A stretch of DNA of 64,000 bases from Antechinus flavipes (lineage: Eukaryota). Below, piece after piece: positions 23,631-53,760 of the stretch; within the stretch, counting starts at the first letter, position 1, and each line of letters starts with the position of its first letter. Below the pieces are notes generated by a model, which saw nothing but the letters and a program-made list of their open reading frames with translations, made no database searches and was not told the origin of the DNA. A program made the translations under genes and the position numbers. Where the stretch lies: assembly GCF_016432865.1 (NCBI RefSeq), contig NC_067400.1, positions 629,238,001 to 629,302,000 of the forward strand. The letters run 5' to 3'.

Positions 23631-25934
23631 TTGCCTGCCATCTCAGGGAGGGGGGGAGGAGATGGAGGGAGGGGGAAATTTTGAAGCTCGACATGTTAAT
23701 GTTTAAAATTTGTATATGTCATTGGGAAGATATTAAAAAATTAGATGAAAAAATGAATACTAATAGCGTACCTTGTGTTCAGAGTCCCTTCCGCCAGAAA
23801 GTTTTATCAAAATCTCTAAGACCTGAGTCATAACAAGCTTGGAGAGAGATGTGCAGACTGACCTAGTTTTCCGTGCCCTCCATGAGCTACCTCCAGATGC
23901 AGCCGAGTAACTTTGTACGGAATCGTGAGCAAGGAAGAAACGTGAAAATCGAATTGGAAGTAACGATTCTCCCTGTTGGGTCCCTCAAGAGGAGGCTCCG
24001 GGCAGAGCTCGTGATCAAACTGCACAAGGGTCAGAAAGGCCACTTTCCATGGCCAGGAGCCTTTCCCTGGAGGGGGGGTGGGGTGAGGACCAGGGTCTCC
24101 CAAAGGCAGGATTAGAAGCCGGATTATCCTCCTCAATCCATTTCCTTGCTTCCGAAAGAGTTTTACTTTTGTTGCCATTCCATGCAGACTTTTCCCTTTC
24201 CCTTCCTTTCCTTCCACGTTGGGGGTACAAGAAACAATCTTATCAAGGACTCCTGTGACTCACTGCTGCCTCCTGGAAGGACTTGTTTTACATTGTTGCA
24301 AGAGCGGGGCTCTAGGCTAGTGCGCCCATTTTGGAAATTGCAAAGGCATGCTTTTACTAGTCCCTCCCCCAACCCCCCCCATTAATTAGCTATTAGAGAA
24401 ATTAGGGTGAATTTGCACTCATTACATCCCCAAAGTACTCCCCCGATTCTCCGCCCTTGGTTACATCCTTCCATTAAGGACCAAAACACACCCAGGGAGT
24501 ACAAGTGAAAGCCCAAAGTCAGTCCCGGCCCTCAAAGAACTTAGATTTTTGTGGGGGGAGAAGACAGGACGGAGCAGGAAAGGGGGAAATTCCACAGGGT
24601 TCCTTTTCACATCTAACCCTCCCCCCCTCCCCCCCCACATCCTTTGTTCTAGATCCCAGCCTCCCGTTTCTTAGGTTTCAGTTTTCTAATTTAGGCTTTT
24701 TCTCTCTCTCCAGTTTTCCTAAGTTCGTGGAAACTAGCTCCCCATCCGATTCTCACAGGGCTCTGTGAGCCCTGACCCCCTCCTGTTCCCGGCTTCCCTG
24801 GTCACTTGGCCCCCACCAGCCCTCTCAGCTTGGGCAGGATCACTGACGTCCAGAGCGCACGGCCAGTGAGCTCCTCCCAAGCCTCCTCCTCCCCGACCGG
24901 CTGCGGCCTCTGGTCTGCCCATCCCTCCATCGCCGGATCCCTGTCTTCTCCCGATGCTCCATCCTCTCTGGGTTCCCCCGAGCCCGCCCTCTCCTAAATG
25001 TCCTCCTGGCCTCCGCTCCGTCTCCTCTGCCGGCTCTTCGGCCACTCCGGGTGCCCCGCAAGCCTCTGCCTCCCGTCGCCCTCGGCTCCTACGAAGGGCC
25101 CTCTCTGCCCGTCCTTTATTCCGGCCCTTTCCCCAGGACACCGCGGGGGTGCCGGAGAAACTGAGGCAAGAGAGAGGTTGGGGAGTTTTTACTATTTTGA
25201 GGGGGAGAGGTTGGGCTGGGGACTGGTGCCTCAAAGCCTCCGGCGGGAATGGGAGGTTCCCGTGAAATCCGTACACACGCGGCTCCAAGCTCCCGGGGTA
25301 AACTGAGGCAGGGGCGGAGTCGGAGCCCTGAGAGCGGGAATCGGTCTGACTGGGTGAGGGGACATTGTGATAAGGACGGAAGGTCTGCGCTCCTCACCAT
25401 GGCTAAGAAGGTCTTTCTCCTTATCCGGATGAGACATTCACAGTGGACAATCTTAGCCGAGCCGGCCCCAAATGAGATCGGTGCTAATGATCAGGGGGGA
25501 GGTGGTGCTGCAACCAGGGGGGTTGAGGCAGCTCAATTGAAGGGAAACTGAGGCAGGACAATCAGAAGGGGACCGTGGTACAGCGACCACTCCCGTTACC
25601 TTGTGTTCGTCCGGCTCGTTCCGCCCTTAGCGTGAAAGTCCCTGGAGAACTGGGAAGGATGTTCTATGATTTTTGGGCTTCGTGACCTCAGCGCTTAAGG
25701 AACTACCTGGCGCCCAGTTAAGCGCTCGGACGTTTGGGGGGAGGTGGGGAGGGGAACAATGTGCATCTGCATTCATGGAGTTCATGATTTAGTGCTACTT
25801 ATTGAAACTAATCTATTTCTCTAAATGGACACAAAACCAGATAGATATGGGAGAGACCAAGGTCAGACAAGGAGACCCGTGGCTCCACAGGGGAGGCGGC
25901 CAGAGTCGCCGTGGGGCGTCAGGGGTGGGCGTGT

Positions 25935-27015
25935 GGGTGAGTGTGTGTGTGAGTATGTAAGTGTATTGTGTGAGTGTGTGTGTGTGAATGTATACAAGTG
26001 TACATTATGTGTGTGTATCTGTGTGAGTGTGTGTGTGAATGTGTACAAGTGTATATTATGTGTGTGTATCTCTGTGTGTGTGTGTGTGTGAATGTGTATA
26101 AGTGTACATTATGTGTGTGTATCTGTGTGTGAGTGTGTGTGTGTGAATGTGTACAAGTGTACATTATGTGTGTGTATCTGTGTGTGAGTGTGTATGTGAG
26201 TGTGTGTGTGAATGTGTACAAGTGTACATTATGTGTGTGTATCTGTGTGTGTATCTGTGTGTGAGTGTGTGTGTGTGAATGTGTACAAGTGTACATTATG
26301 TGTGTGTATCTGTGAGTGTGTGTGTGAATGTGTACAAGTGTACATTATGTGTGTGTATCTGTGAGTGTGTGTGTGTGTGAATGTGTACAAGTGTACATTA
26401 TGTGTGTGTATCTGTGAGTGTGTGTGTGTGAATGTGTACAAGTGTACATTATGTATGTGTATCTGTGTGTGTATCTGTGTGTGAGTGTGTGTGTGTGAAT
26501 GTGTACAAGTGTACATTATGTGTGTGTATCTGTGGGTGAGTGTGTGAATGTGTACAAGTGTACATTATGTGTGTGTATCTGTGTGTGTGTGTGTGTGAAT
26601 GTGTACAAGTGTACATTATGTGTGTGTATCTGTGAGTGTGTGTGTGTGTGAATGTGTACAAGTGTACATTATGTATGTGTATCTGTGTGTGTATCTGTGT
26701 GTGTGTGTGTGTGTGTGAATGTGTACAAGTGTACATTATGTGTGTGTATCTGTGGGTGAGTGTGTGAATGTGTACAAGTGTACATTATGTGTGTGTATCT
26801 GTGTGTGTGTGTGTGTGAATGTGTACAAGTGTACATTATGTGTGTGTATCTGTGGGTGAGTGTGTGAATGTGTACAAGTGTACATTATGTGTGTGTATCT
26901 GTGTGTGTGTGTAATGTGAATGTGTACAAGTGTACATTATGTGTGTGTATCTGTGGTGAGTGTGTGTGTGTGAATGTGTACAAGTGTACATTATGTCTGT
27001 GTATCTGTGTGTGTG
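25935..27015. repeat. TG-rich minisatellite, ~19 units of ~50-66 bp
   Basis: Core gtgaatgtgtacaagtgtacattatgtgtgtgtatct repeated about 19 times. Confidence 0.95.
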
Positions 27016-27849
27016 CACCCTCCCGGCTCTCCCCTCCCAGCAGGCCCCCTCCTGCCTCCTTCGGAGTCTCCCTCCCCCCCCCCCCCCCCCGCCCCGCCCC
27101 TCCCCCTCCAGCTCAGCCTGTATCTGTTTCCCTCCCCACCCGTCTCTGTCCTTTCCAGCTTGGCTCTTTGGCTCCCCCCTCGCTGCCCCCCCCCCACCAG
27201 AGGCCTCTTTCGGGCCGCAGCCCACCGCCCCCCCCTAAAACCCAGGCGGCCCCAGCCCGGGGCCGGTCCTTTCTGCTCCCCGGCTTTTTAGCCGCGACTC
27301 GCGTGGACAGAATTCTAAAACCAGAGATCTCAAGTTAGAAGAGATCCCGGAGATTACCGGGTTTACTCTCCCCTCCTCATTTTACAGCGAGGGCAGGCGG
27401 AGGCCCGGCAGTAAGTACAGCCGCGGGGAGGGGGTGGGCCAGCTGCTCGGACACCGGGGGCCTCCCCGGGCTTCTGGCCCAGAGCAAAGCCGGCCTCGGG
27501 CGGACTGACCCCTCCCGGGAGCGGCCCCCAGCCCAGCCTGTGAAGCAGCAGGGATCCACGTGGGGGAGACGGGCCGAAGCTGAGAAGCCGCTTCCCTGAG
27601 GTCCGGGGCAGCAGGAGGCAGAGCCCCGGCCTCCAGCCCCCCGGCCCCGGACTCCCGCCACAAGCCCCGGCCCCGGCCTCCAGCCCCCGCCCCAGCCTCC
27701 AGCCAGAGGCTGCCCCTGTGCGAGCTGTCTGCTCCCGGCCTCCCCCTCCTCTCTTCTGCCTTTCCTCCTTTCTGCAACTCGGCCTTCCCTGGCCCTTCGC
27801 TCATATAACCCATCCCGTCCCTCTGCTTCTCTGGCCTCTTTCCTCTCCC

Positions 27850-29140
27850 TTTCTCCTTTCCTTTTCCCTCCCACTTTATCTCTCCCCCCTCCTCCTACCC
27901 CTCACCTCTTCTCTCCCCCCCTTCCCATCACTGGTTTCTCCTCCTCCCTTCCCTTCTCCCTCCCCCTGCCTTTCCCTTCTCCCCTCTCTCTCCTCCCTTC
28001 TCCCCTCTCCATCACTGATTATATGTATTTCTCCTCCTCCCTTCCCTTCTTCCTCCTCCCCTTCTCTTCTCCCTCACCCTCCCTTTTTCCCTCCCTTTCC
28101 TCCTTTCTTGCTCCCCTCTCCCTCTTTATCACTGATTATATTTGTTTCTCTCCCTCCCCTCCCTCTCCCCATCACTGGTTTCTCCTCCTCCCTTCCCTTC
28201 TCCCTCCCCCTGCCTTTCCCTTCTCCCCTCTCTCTCCTCCCTTCTCCCCTCTCCATCACTGATTATATGTATTTCTCCTCCTCCCTTCCCTTCTTCCTCC
28301 TCCCCTTCTCTTCTCCCTCACCCTCCCTTTTTCCCTCCCTTTCCTCCTTTCTTGCTCCCCTCTCCCTCTTTATCACTGATTATATTTGTTTCTCTCCCTC
28401 CCCTCCCTCTCCCCATCACTGGTTATTTCTCCCCCTCCCTTCCCTTCTTCTTCCTCCTCCTTCCCCCTTCTCTTTCCTTCTCATTCCCCTCCCCTCTTCA
28501 TCACTGAGTATATTCATTTCTCCCCTTCCCTCTTTCCTCCCTGTTCCTTCCTCCCTCTCCCTCCTCCCTCCCCTCCCCCCTCCATCACTGAGTATATTCA
28601 TTTCTCCCCTTCCCTCTTTCCTCCCTGTTCCTTCCTCCCTCTCCCTCCTCCCTCCCCTCCCCTCCCCCCTCCATCACTGATTATATTCATTTCTCCCCTT
28701 CCCTCTTCCCTCCCTGTTCCTTCCTCCTCCCCTCCCCCCTCCATCACTGAGTATATTCATTTCTCCCCTTCCCTCTTTCCTCCCTGTTCTTTCCTCCCTG
28801 TTCCTTCCTCCCTCTCCTCCTCCCTCCCCTCCCCCCTCCATCACTGAATATATTCATTTCTCCCCTTCCCTCTTCCCTCCCCCTTCCTTCCTCCCTCTCC
28901 CTCCTCCCTCCCCTCCCTCTCCCCCCTCCATCACTGATTATATTCATTTCTCCCCTTCCCTCTTTCCTCCCTGTTCCTTCCTCCCTCTCCCTCCTCCCTC
29001 CCCTCCCCTCCCCCCTCCATCACTGATTATATTCATTTCTCCCCTTCCCTCTTCCCTCCCCCTTCCTTCCTCCCTCTCCCTTCTTCCTCCCTCTCCCTTC
29101 TTCCTCCCTCTCCCTTCTTCCTCCCTCCCTCCCTCCATCA
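27850..29140. repeat. Polypyrimidine minisatellite
   Basis: ccatcactga(t/g)tat anchor recurs in a C/T tract; 27905-28170 is repeated near 28145-28410. Confidence 0.9.
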
Positions 29141-30450
29141 CTGCTCCGTTCACCCCCCCCCTGTCCTCTCCCCCACTTCCCTTTCCCCTGCCCCTCTGCC
29201 TCCCTGTCCCTGAATCCTCTCGGTGTGTCTCCTCCCCCAGCGCTCTCAGGATGGAGTAGGAGACGGTGAAGGCTCCAGCCCTGAGCTTCCCTTGTACCAT
29301 CTGTAGAATGGCAGCATCCCCAGCGCCCCGGCTGCTTGGGAGGCTTTTAGAAAAGTGAGTCCCGTCTCCCCCGTTCCGTCGGGGGCTCGTGGGCCCCAGG
29401 AGCCGAAGCCCGGCCTCGGTTGGGGAGGGGAGGGAAGCGGGGGCGCCGCCTCCGAGGTGGCCGGAGTGAGCGCCGGGCCCAGAGGGTTTGAGGGGGAGGA
29501 AGTTTCTGAGAAATGAGGAAATTTCTTCCCCAGCTGGGAAGGATTTTAGGATGGAGAGGTCGGGCCTAAAGTCCTCCTCCCAGCCCCGCCCTGCAAGGGG
29601 AACTCCAGCTGGGGGAAGAGGAGGCCCAGGGCAGCCCTGACCCGCGGGGTCCCCTCTCACCAGGGCCGGAGCCGGCGCAGGAAGAGGAGGTGAGCTGGAG
29701 GCCCCGGCTCGGCCAGCCCCGAGGAATACTGGGAAAGGGCTCCTGGTGAGGCTTGGGGAATGGGACACTGGAGTCGGTGCCCGAGGGGCGGCAGCTGGTA
29801 GGTGAATTTGGGGGAGACGGGGGGACTCCCTAAGGTGCCCAGAAGCCGGGTGCCTGGGCCCCCAAAAGAAACAGAGCCTTGGAGGGGGGAGGGCTTCAGA
29901 AGCAGCCTGGGCCCGGCGAGGAACACCTGCCTCCCCAGGAGGGCTCTTTGCTTGAGGCCCCGCCCCCTCCTCAGACCCAAGTCCGGAGGCTTTCCCTGGT
30001 TAGGACGTTTTCCTGCCTGGATTCCACCAATTTCAAGATTTGGGGTGTGGGGACCCCATCTGTGGAGAAGGGGCCGTAGAAAGCAAGCCGGCTTCCCCCC
30101 GGCTCTGGGCAGCCTTGAAGCCGGCCACCTGGGCCCCCTCTCCTCTAGCCAGAAGCACGTGGGGCTCCCCGAAGTCCAGGCTTTCGCCAGGGACCCCAGG
30201 AGGGGCCGGGGAGGCTGCGAGTCCCTTGGGTTTCTCCACCCTCCTGAGTATCCCCGGACTTTGTCCCGGCCCCACCCAGTGGCTGAGGGCTGGGAGCCGT
30301 CCCTGGGTCGCCACACTTAGAAGGGAATCGGCACCACGTGGGGACCAGACAGGGTAGGGTCCCCCAGACGGCCCAGGAGAGAGGGGCAGGGAAGGGAGGA
30401 GCCCAAAGAACCTGAAAACGAGGGAGTAGCCAGGGCTGAGGGGATAGAGC

Positions 30451-30572
30451 TTGTGAGAAGGGGACCTGGGGGGGTGAGGGGGACCTGGGGGGGTGACAGG
30501 GACGTGGGGGGGTGAGAGGGACCTGGGGGGGTGACGGGGACCTGGGGGGGTGATGGGGACCGGGGGGGTGGT
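30451..30572 (+). repeat. G-rich ~19-bp tandem repeat (gggacctgggggggtga) x ~6
   Basis: Direct reading. Confidence 0.9.
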
Positions 30573-30910
30573 GTGACAGGGATATGACTCTGTAGATGGG
30601 GACTGGGCTGAGGGAATGTGATTCTGGATCCTGGCACGGAGGTGGCTGGGGATCATGGGGGGTGAGTCTGCCCTGGGCTGGTCCAGCCGCCTGTCTCAGT
30701 TCCTGGGAAGAGCCTGCCCGAGGCTCCTGTTCTCTGAGGGCCACATCTGGGCTGGGACTGAGCAGGGCCCCCGCCCCTTGGAGGGAAGGAGGGCAGCGGG
30801 AAGCCTCCCCTTTCCCCAGCCCCCCGCAGCTGGGCTGTGCCGGGGAGCTGCCCTCGCCGCCCCCCCACCGGCGCTCCCTCTGCCCCTTCCCCGCAGGCGG
30901 CCTCCCGGTG

Positions 30911-33018
30911 ATGTGGGGCTACCTGGCCCTGCTCCCCCTCTGCCTGGCGCTGTGGGCTACGGTTGGGGTCTGGACAATGTGAGTCTGCCAGGGGATGCTG
31001 GGTGCGTGGGGGGGGGCAGGTCCTGGAGCCCGGTCCTAGGCCCCGAGGAGCCAATCCCCGCTCCTGGGCCCCCGGGGTGGACGGGGGGGCGACTCCCGGG
31101 GAGTGCGGGCCCGGCCCCAGAACGCGAGGCCCCCTCTCCCCCGCAGCTTCGCTCTGGCCGTGTCCAACAAGACGGTGAATCTCACGGAAGGCTTTCCTTA
31201 CATCAGGTATGGGGGCGGGCCAGCCGCACTGGGGCAGCGGGGGGCCGGGGGCCCTGCCGGTGACCCCTCCTCTCTCTTCCCCCACCCGCAGCCTCTGTGG
31301 ATCGTTCCCGCCTCAGAGCTGCATCTTCAGCCAGCTTCTGAACGTCGGGGCTGCCATGGGTGAGTCGGCCGGCTTCCCTCCCCCCCGACTCGTGGGGCCC
31401 CGGGGCCTCGAGCGCCCGACGACGGGACCCCGGCCTCACCCCCCTCTCTCCTCCCCCCAAGTGGCCTGGATCTGCGTCCTGCGCTACGTCCAGTTCCGGG
31501 AATGGGGCATCCCTAAGTTTCCCAACCGGCTGTGTCTGGGCTCGGGCTTCCTCTGTGCCTTGGGGGCCTCCATCGTGGGCAACTTCCAGGTGAGCCCGGC
31601 GCGCGGGGGACCTCGGGGCGGACGGGCGGGCGGCCCCCGGAGCCCCCACGCTCACGGGGAATCCTCCCCCGGAAAAGGCCTCCGCCCAAAACCGAGGCGG
31701 GGCGGCCCGGGCGCTGGGGCCGCTCCTCGTGCGCAGGGGACGGGCCCAGCGCGGCCCCCGAAGCGCAGACGCGGCAGAGGGGGCCAGTCCTCCGCCACCG
31801 GCCCGGGGCTCGCTCTGGCCGAACGATCCCGTCAAGTGCCTGGGCTGGAGTTCTGGGGTCCGGCCGTGGCCCCGCCCCGGGCTTTCAATATAGCTCAGGA
31901 GTCAGAGCCCCGGGGGGCGGGGGGGGGTCCTTTCTGAGCCTGGAGGGAGGTTAAAGGAAACTTGCAGGTCCCTTTGGCCAGAAGGGGAAACTGAGGCACA
32001 GAAGGCAACGGCACACTTAGCTCTCAGGGTAAGTATGACTGGGGGCGTCTAAAGCCGCCCCCCCACCCAGAGCGGGCCGGGGAGCATCCCCGGGGACGTC
32101 GGTCCAACGCCATCGTCTGCCCGACAACACGGAGACCACCTTCAGGCCGACCCTTGGTCCACTCGGTCACTGCTCGGGTTCAACCGTGAATCGTGAGCCA
32201 AGGTTTCTGGGCCTCCCCGCTTCCGGCCGCCTCCTCTCGTGGCTACGCCCGCCCGGGCGTCCCGGGCCGGGACCGCGTCCCCAGCTCCCTGGGAAGGGCC
32301 AGAGCCCGGCCCCCCAGGCTGATCCCCCCTCGCTGCCCCAGTGACCCCTGCCCTCTGACCTGCGGGCCTCTCCCTCCCCGCAGCAAACCAACGAGCTCTC
32401 CACGCATCTCTTTGGGTCCTTCCTGGCCTTCGTGGTGGGCGTGGCCTACTTCTGGACCCAGGTGGTGCTGCTGCGCCTGGCCAAGCCTCGGGCCCAGCCC
32501 GGAGCCCCCTGGATCGAGCCCCTGCGCCTGCTGCTCTGCGGGCTCTGCACGGCCCTCATGGTGGCCAGTATCCTCGCTGGGAGGCAGGGGGCGGGGGCGG
32601 GGAGGGTCCCACAGGGCGGGGTCAGCGAGCAGGAGGCTGCCCCCCCCCCCCCCCAGGCTGGGTCTTCTCCCTTCCCACAGTCTCAGGCTTCATCCTGGCC
32701 ACCTCCTGGGCGGGGGAGTCCCTCGGTGGATCGGGCAGCTGGGGTGAATGTGGGGCGGCTGGAGGTCACTTGGCGAATGGGGGGGCGGCGGCCGCGCGGT
32801 GCCCGCCTGTATCCTTGACGCGGCCCCCAGTGATCGTGCTGCACTTCTGGCCCCGGCGCTCCGAGGCGGCCGTGTGCGAGTGGTCCACGGCCATGCTGCT
32901 CTTCGTCCTCTTCGGCCTCCTGGCCGTGGACTTTTCCGACACGACCGGCTTCGCCATCAGCCTGCAGAGCAGGCCCCGCTCCTGCCCCTCGGGGGCCGCC
33001 CACGCGCCTTCCCTCTAG
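30911..33018 (+). CDS. TMEM150B: Transmembrane protein 150B (DRAM/TMEM150 family, 231 aa)
   Basis: Exons 30911-30978, 31147-31206, 31292-31359, 31462-31589 (AAG acceptor), 32384-32567, 32831-33018; 696 nt in frame. MWGYLALLPLCLALWATVGVW...GFPYISLCGSFPPQSCIFSQLLNVGAA...GNFQ...CEWSTAMLLFVLFGLLAVDFS. Confidence 0.95.
32568..32830 (+). other. TMEM150B: U12-type (minor spliceosome) GT-AG intron
   Basis: 5' end GTATCCTC; branch site TCCTTGAC at 32812-32819 close to the AG at 32829-32830; no polypyrimidine tract. Confidence 0.85.
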
Positions 33019-33791
33019 CCTCCCGCCCTGCGCGGTCCCCTCGCCGCCGGTCCCGAGGCGGCCGACGAGCTCCCCCTTCGACTCCGGCCCTGCCCTGGGC
33101 CTCGGCTCGCTGACCTCCGACCCGAGACCACGAGGGAAGCCGAACGGCGGCTCTCGTCTCCCGGGCGAGCTCGGGACCCCCGGCCCGTCTGCCGGGGCCA
33201 CCGGAGACCGGACCTCGTTCTGCCCCCCAACCCCAAACTCTCTGGCTCTCGGCGCGGACCTCGGGGGGCCCCGGGGAAGGCCCCTCACGCTGAAGCGTCA
33301 GACCCTGGGGGGCGACGGCGGTTGGGGCGCGAGAAGGCAGCGGGAGACGGGAGACAGGAGGCGCGAAAATTCAACTTTTCATTTCGCGAGAGCAAATCCG
33401 TACAGAGCGCAAGGGGGGAGACAGGAGGAGAGACAAGGAAGAGGGGGGCTGGGGAAACAGAGACGAGGGCCCCCCCGCCCCCGCCCCCTTGGCTAATCCA
33501 CCCACATCCCCTGCCCTCCCCCTCCCCATAGATAAATAAATAAATTAATCATAAATAAAATAGAAATGGCTCCCCACCCCACCCCACCCCCGCCCAGCCC
33601 AGTCACCCCTTCCCTGCGAAGGTCACTGAACCCCTGGGCCCCCACCCCATGCCCTGGCCGTATTTACAGCTTCACAGTTGTGGGGGTTGATGGGAAGGGG
33701 GGATGGGGGATCTGTGGCCAGAGTGACCCCCGAGGGGGAGGGAATGGGGGCCGGGGACCAGACTGTAGGAGGGAAAGGGGGGAGGTGGAGA

Positions 33792-53212
<19,421 letters not shown>

Positions 53213-53760
53213 CCCTGCGGCGGCCTTGGTCCCGGCCCCCCGCCCGCCGCCGCCTCCCCCTCGGGACCGGCCTGATGCCCCGTTCCTGTCCCTGCGGCGG
53301 GGGCCGGTGGCGGCGGCGGGCGGGGCCCCCCGACCCCCCGCCTGCGCCCCGGGGCTCCCCAGGGGGCCGGGCCCGCGGAGCCGGGGGAGGGGGGGCTGTC
53401 CCGGGGGGATCAGGCCCCAGGAGGGGCCATGGGGCCCCCCCCTCCCCAGCCCGTCCCCACCCGCCCCCCCCTTTGGGCCTCCCCCGCCTGGGGGGGTCTG
53501 AGGTGCCGGGCGACTGATGCTGCAGGCGACGGCCCCCCCCTCCCCCCCCTGCGCCCTCTCTCCTCCTCCTCCTCCTCCTCCTCCTTCTCCTCCTCCTCCT
53601 CCTCCTCCTCCTCCTCCTCCTCCTCCTCCTCCTCCTCTCCGCCTCCCCCCGCCACCACCGCGTCCTTTCTCTCTCGCCCGCTGACATCACCATCCGGGGA
53701 CTCCCGGGCCCTTCCCCACAGTTAACCCTTTCGAGGGGGGGTGGGATGGGGGGAGTCGAG
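53213..53760 (-). promoter_or_regulatory. BRSK1: BRSK1 5' UTR / CpG-island promoter with (GGA)~25
   Basis: GC-rich sequence directly upstream of ATG 53212; (TCC)n at 53561-53636 with one interruption. TSS not determinable. Confidence 0.65.

Noticed and set aside
25825-27338. His/Thr and Cys/Val-rich ORFs
   Set aside because: Translations of the TG minisatellite.
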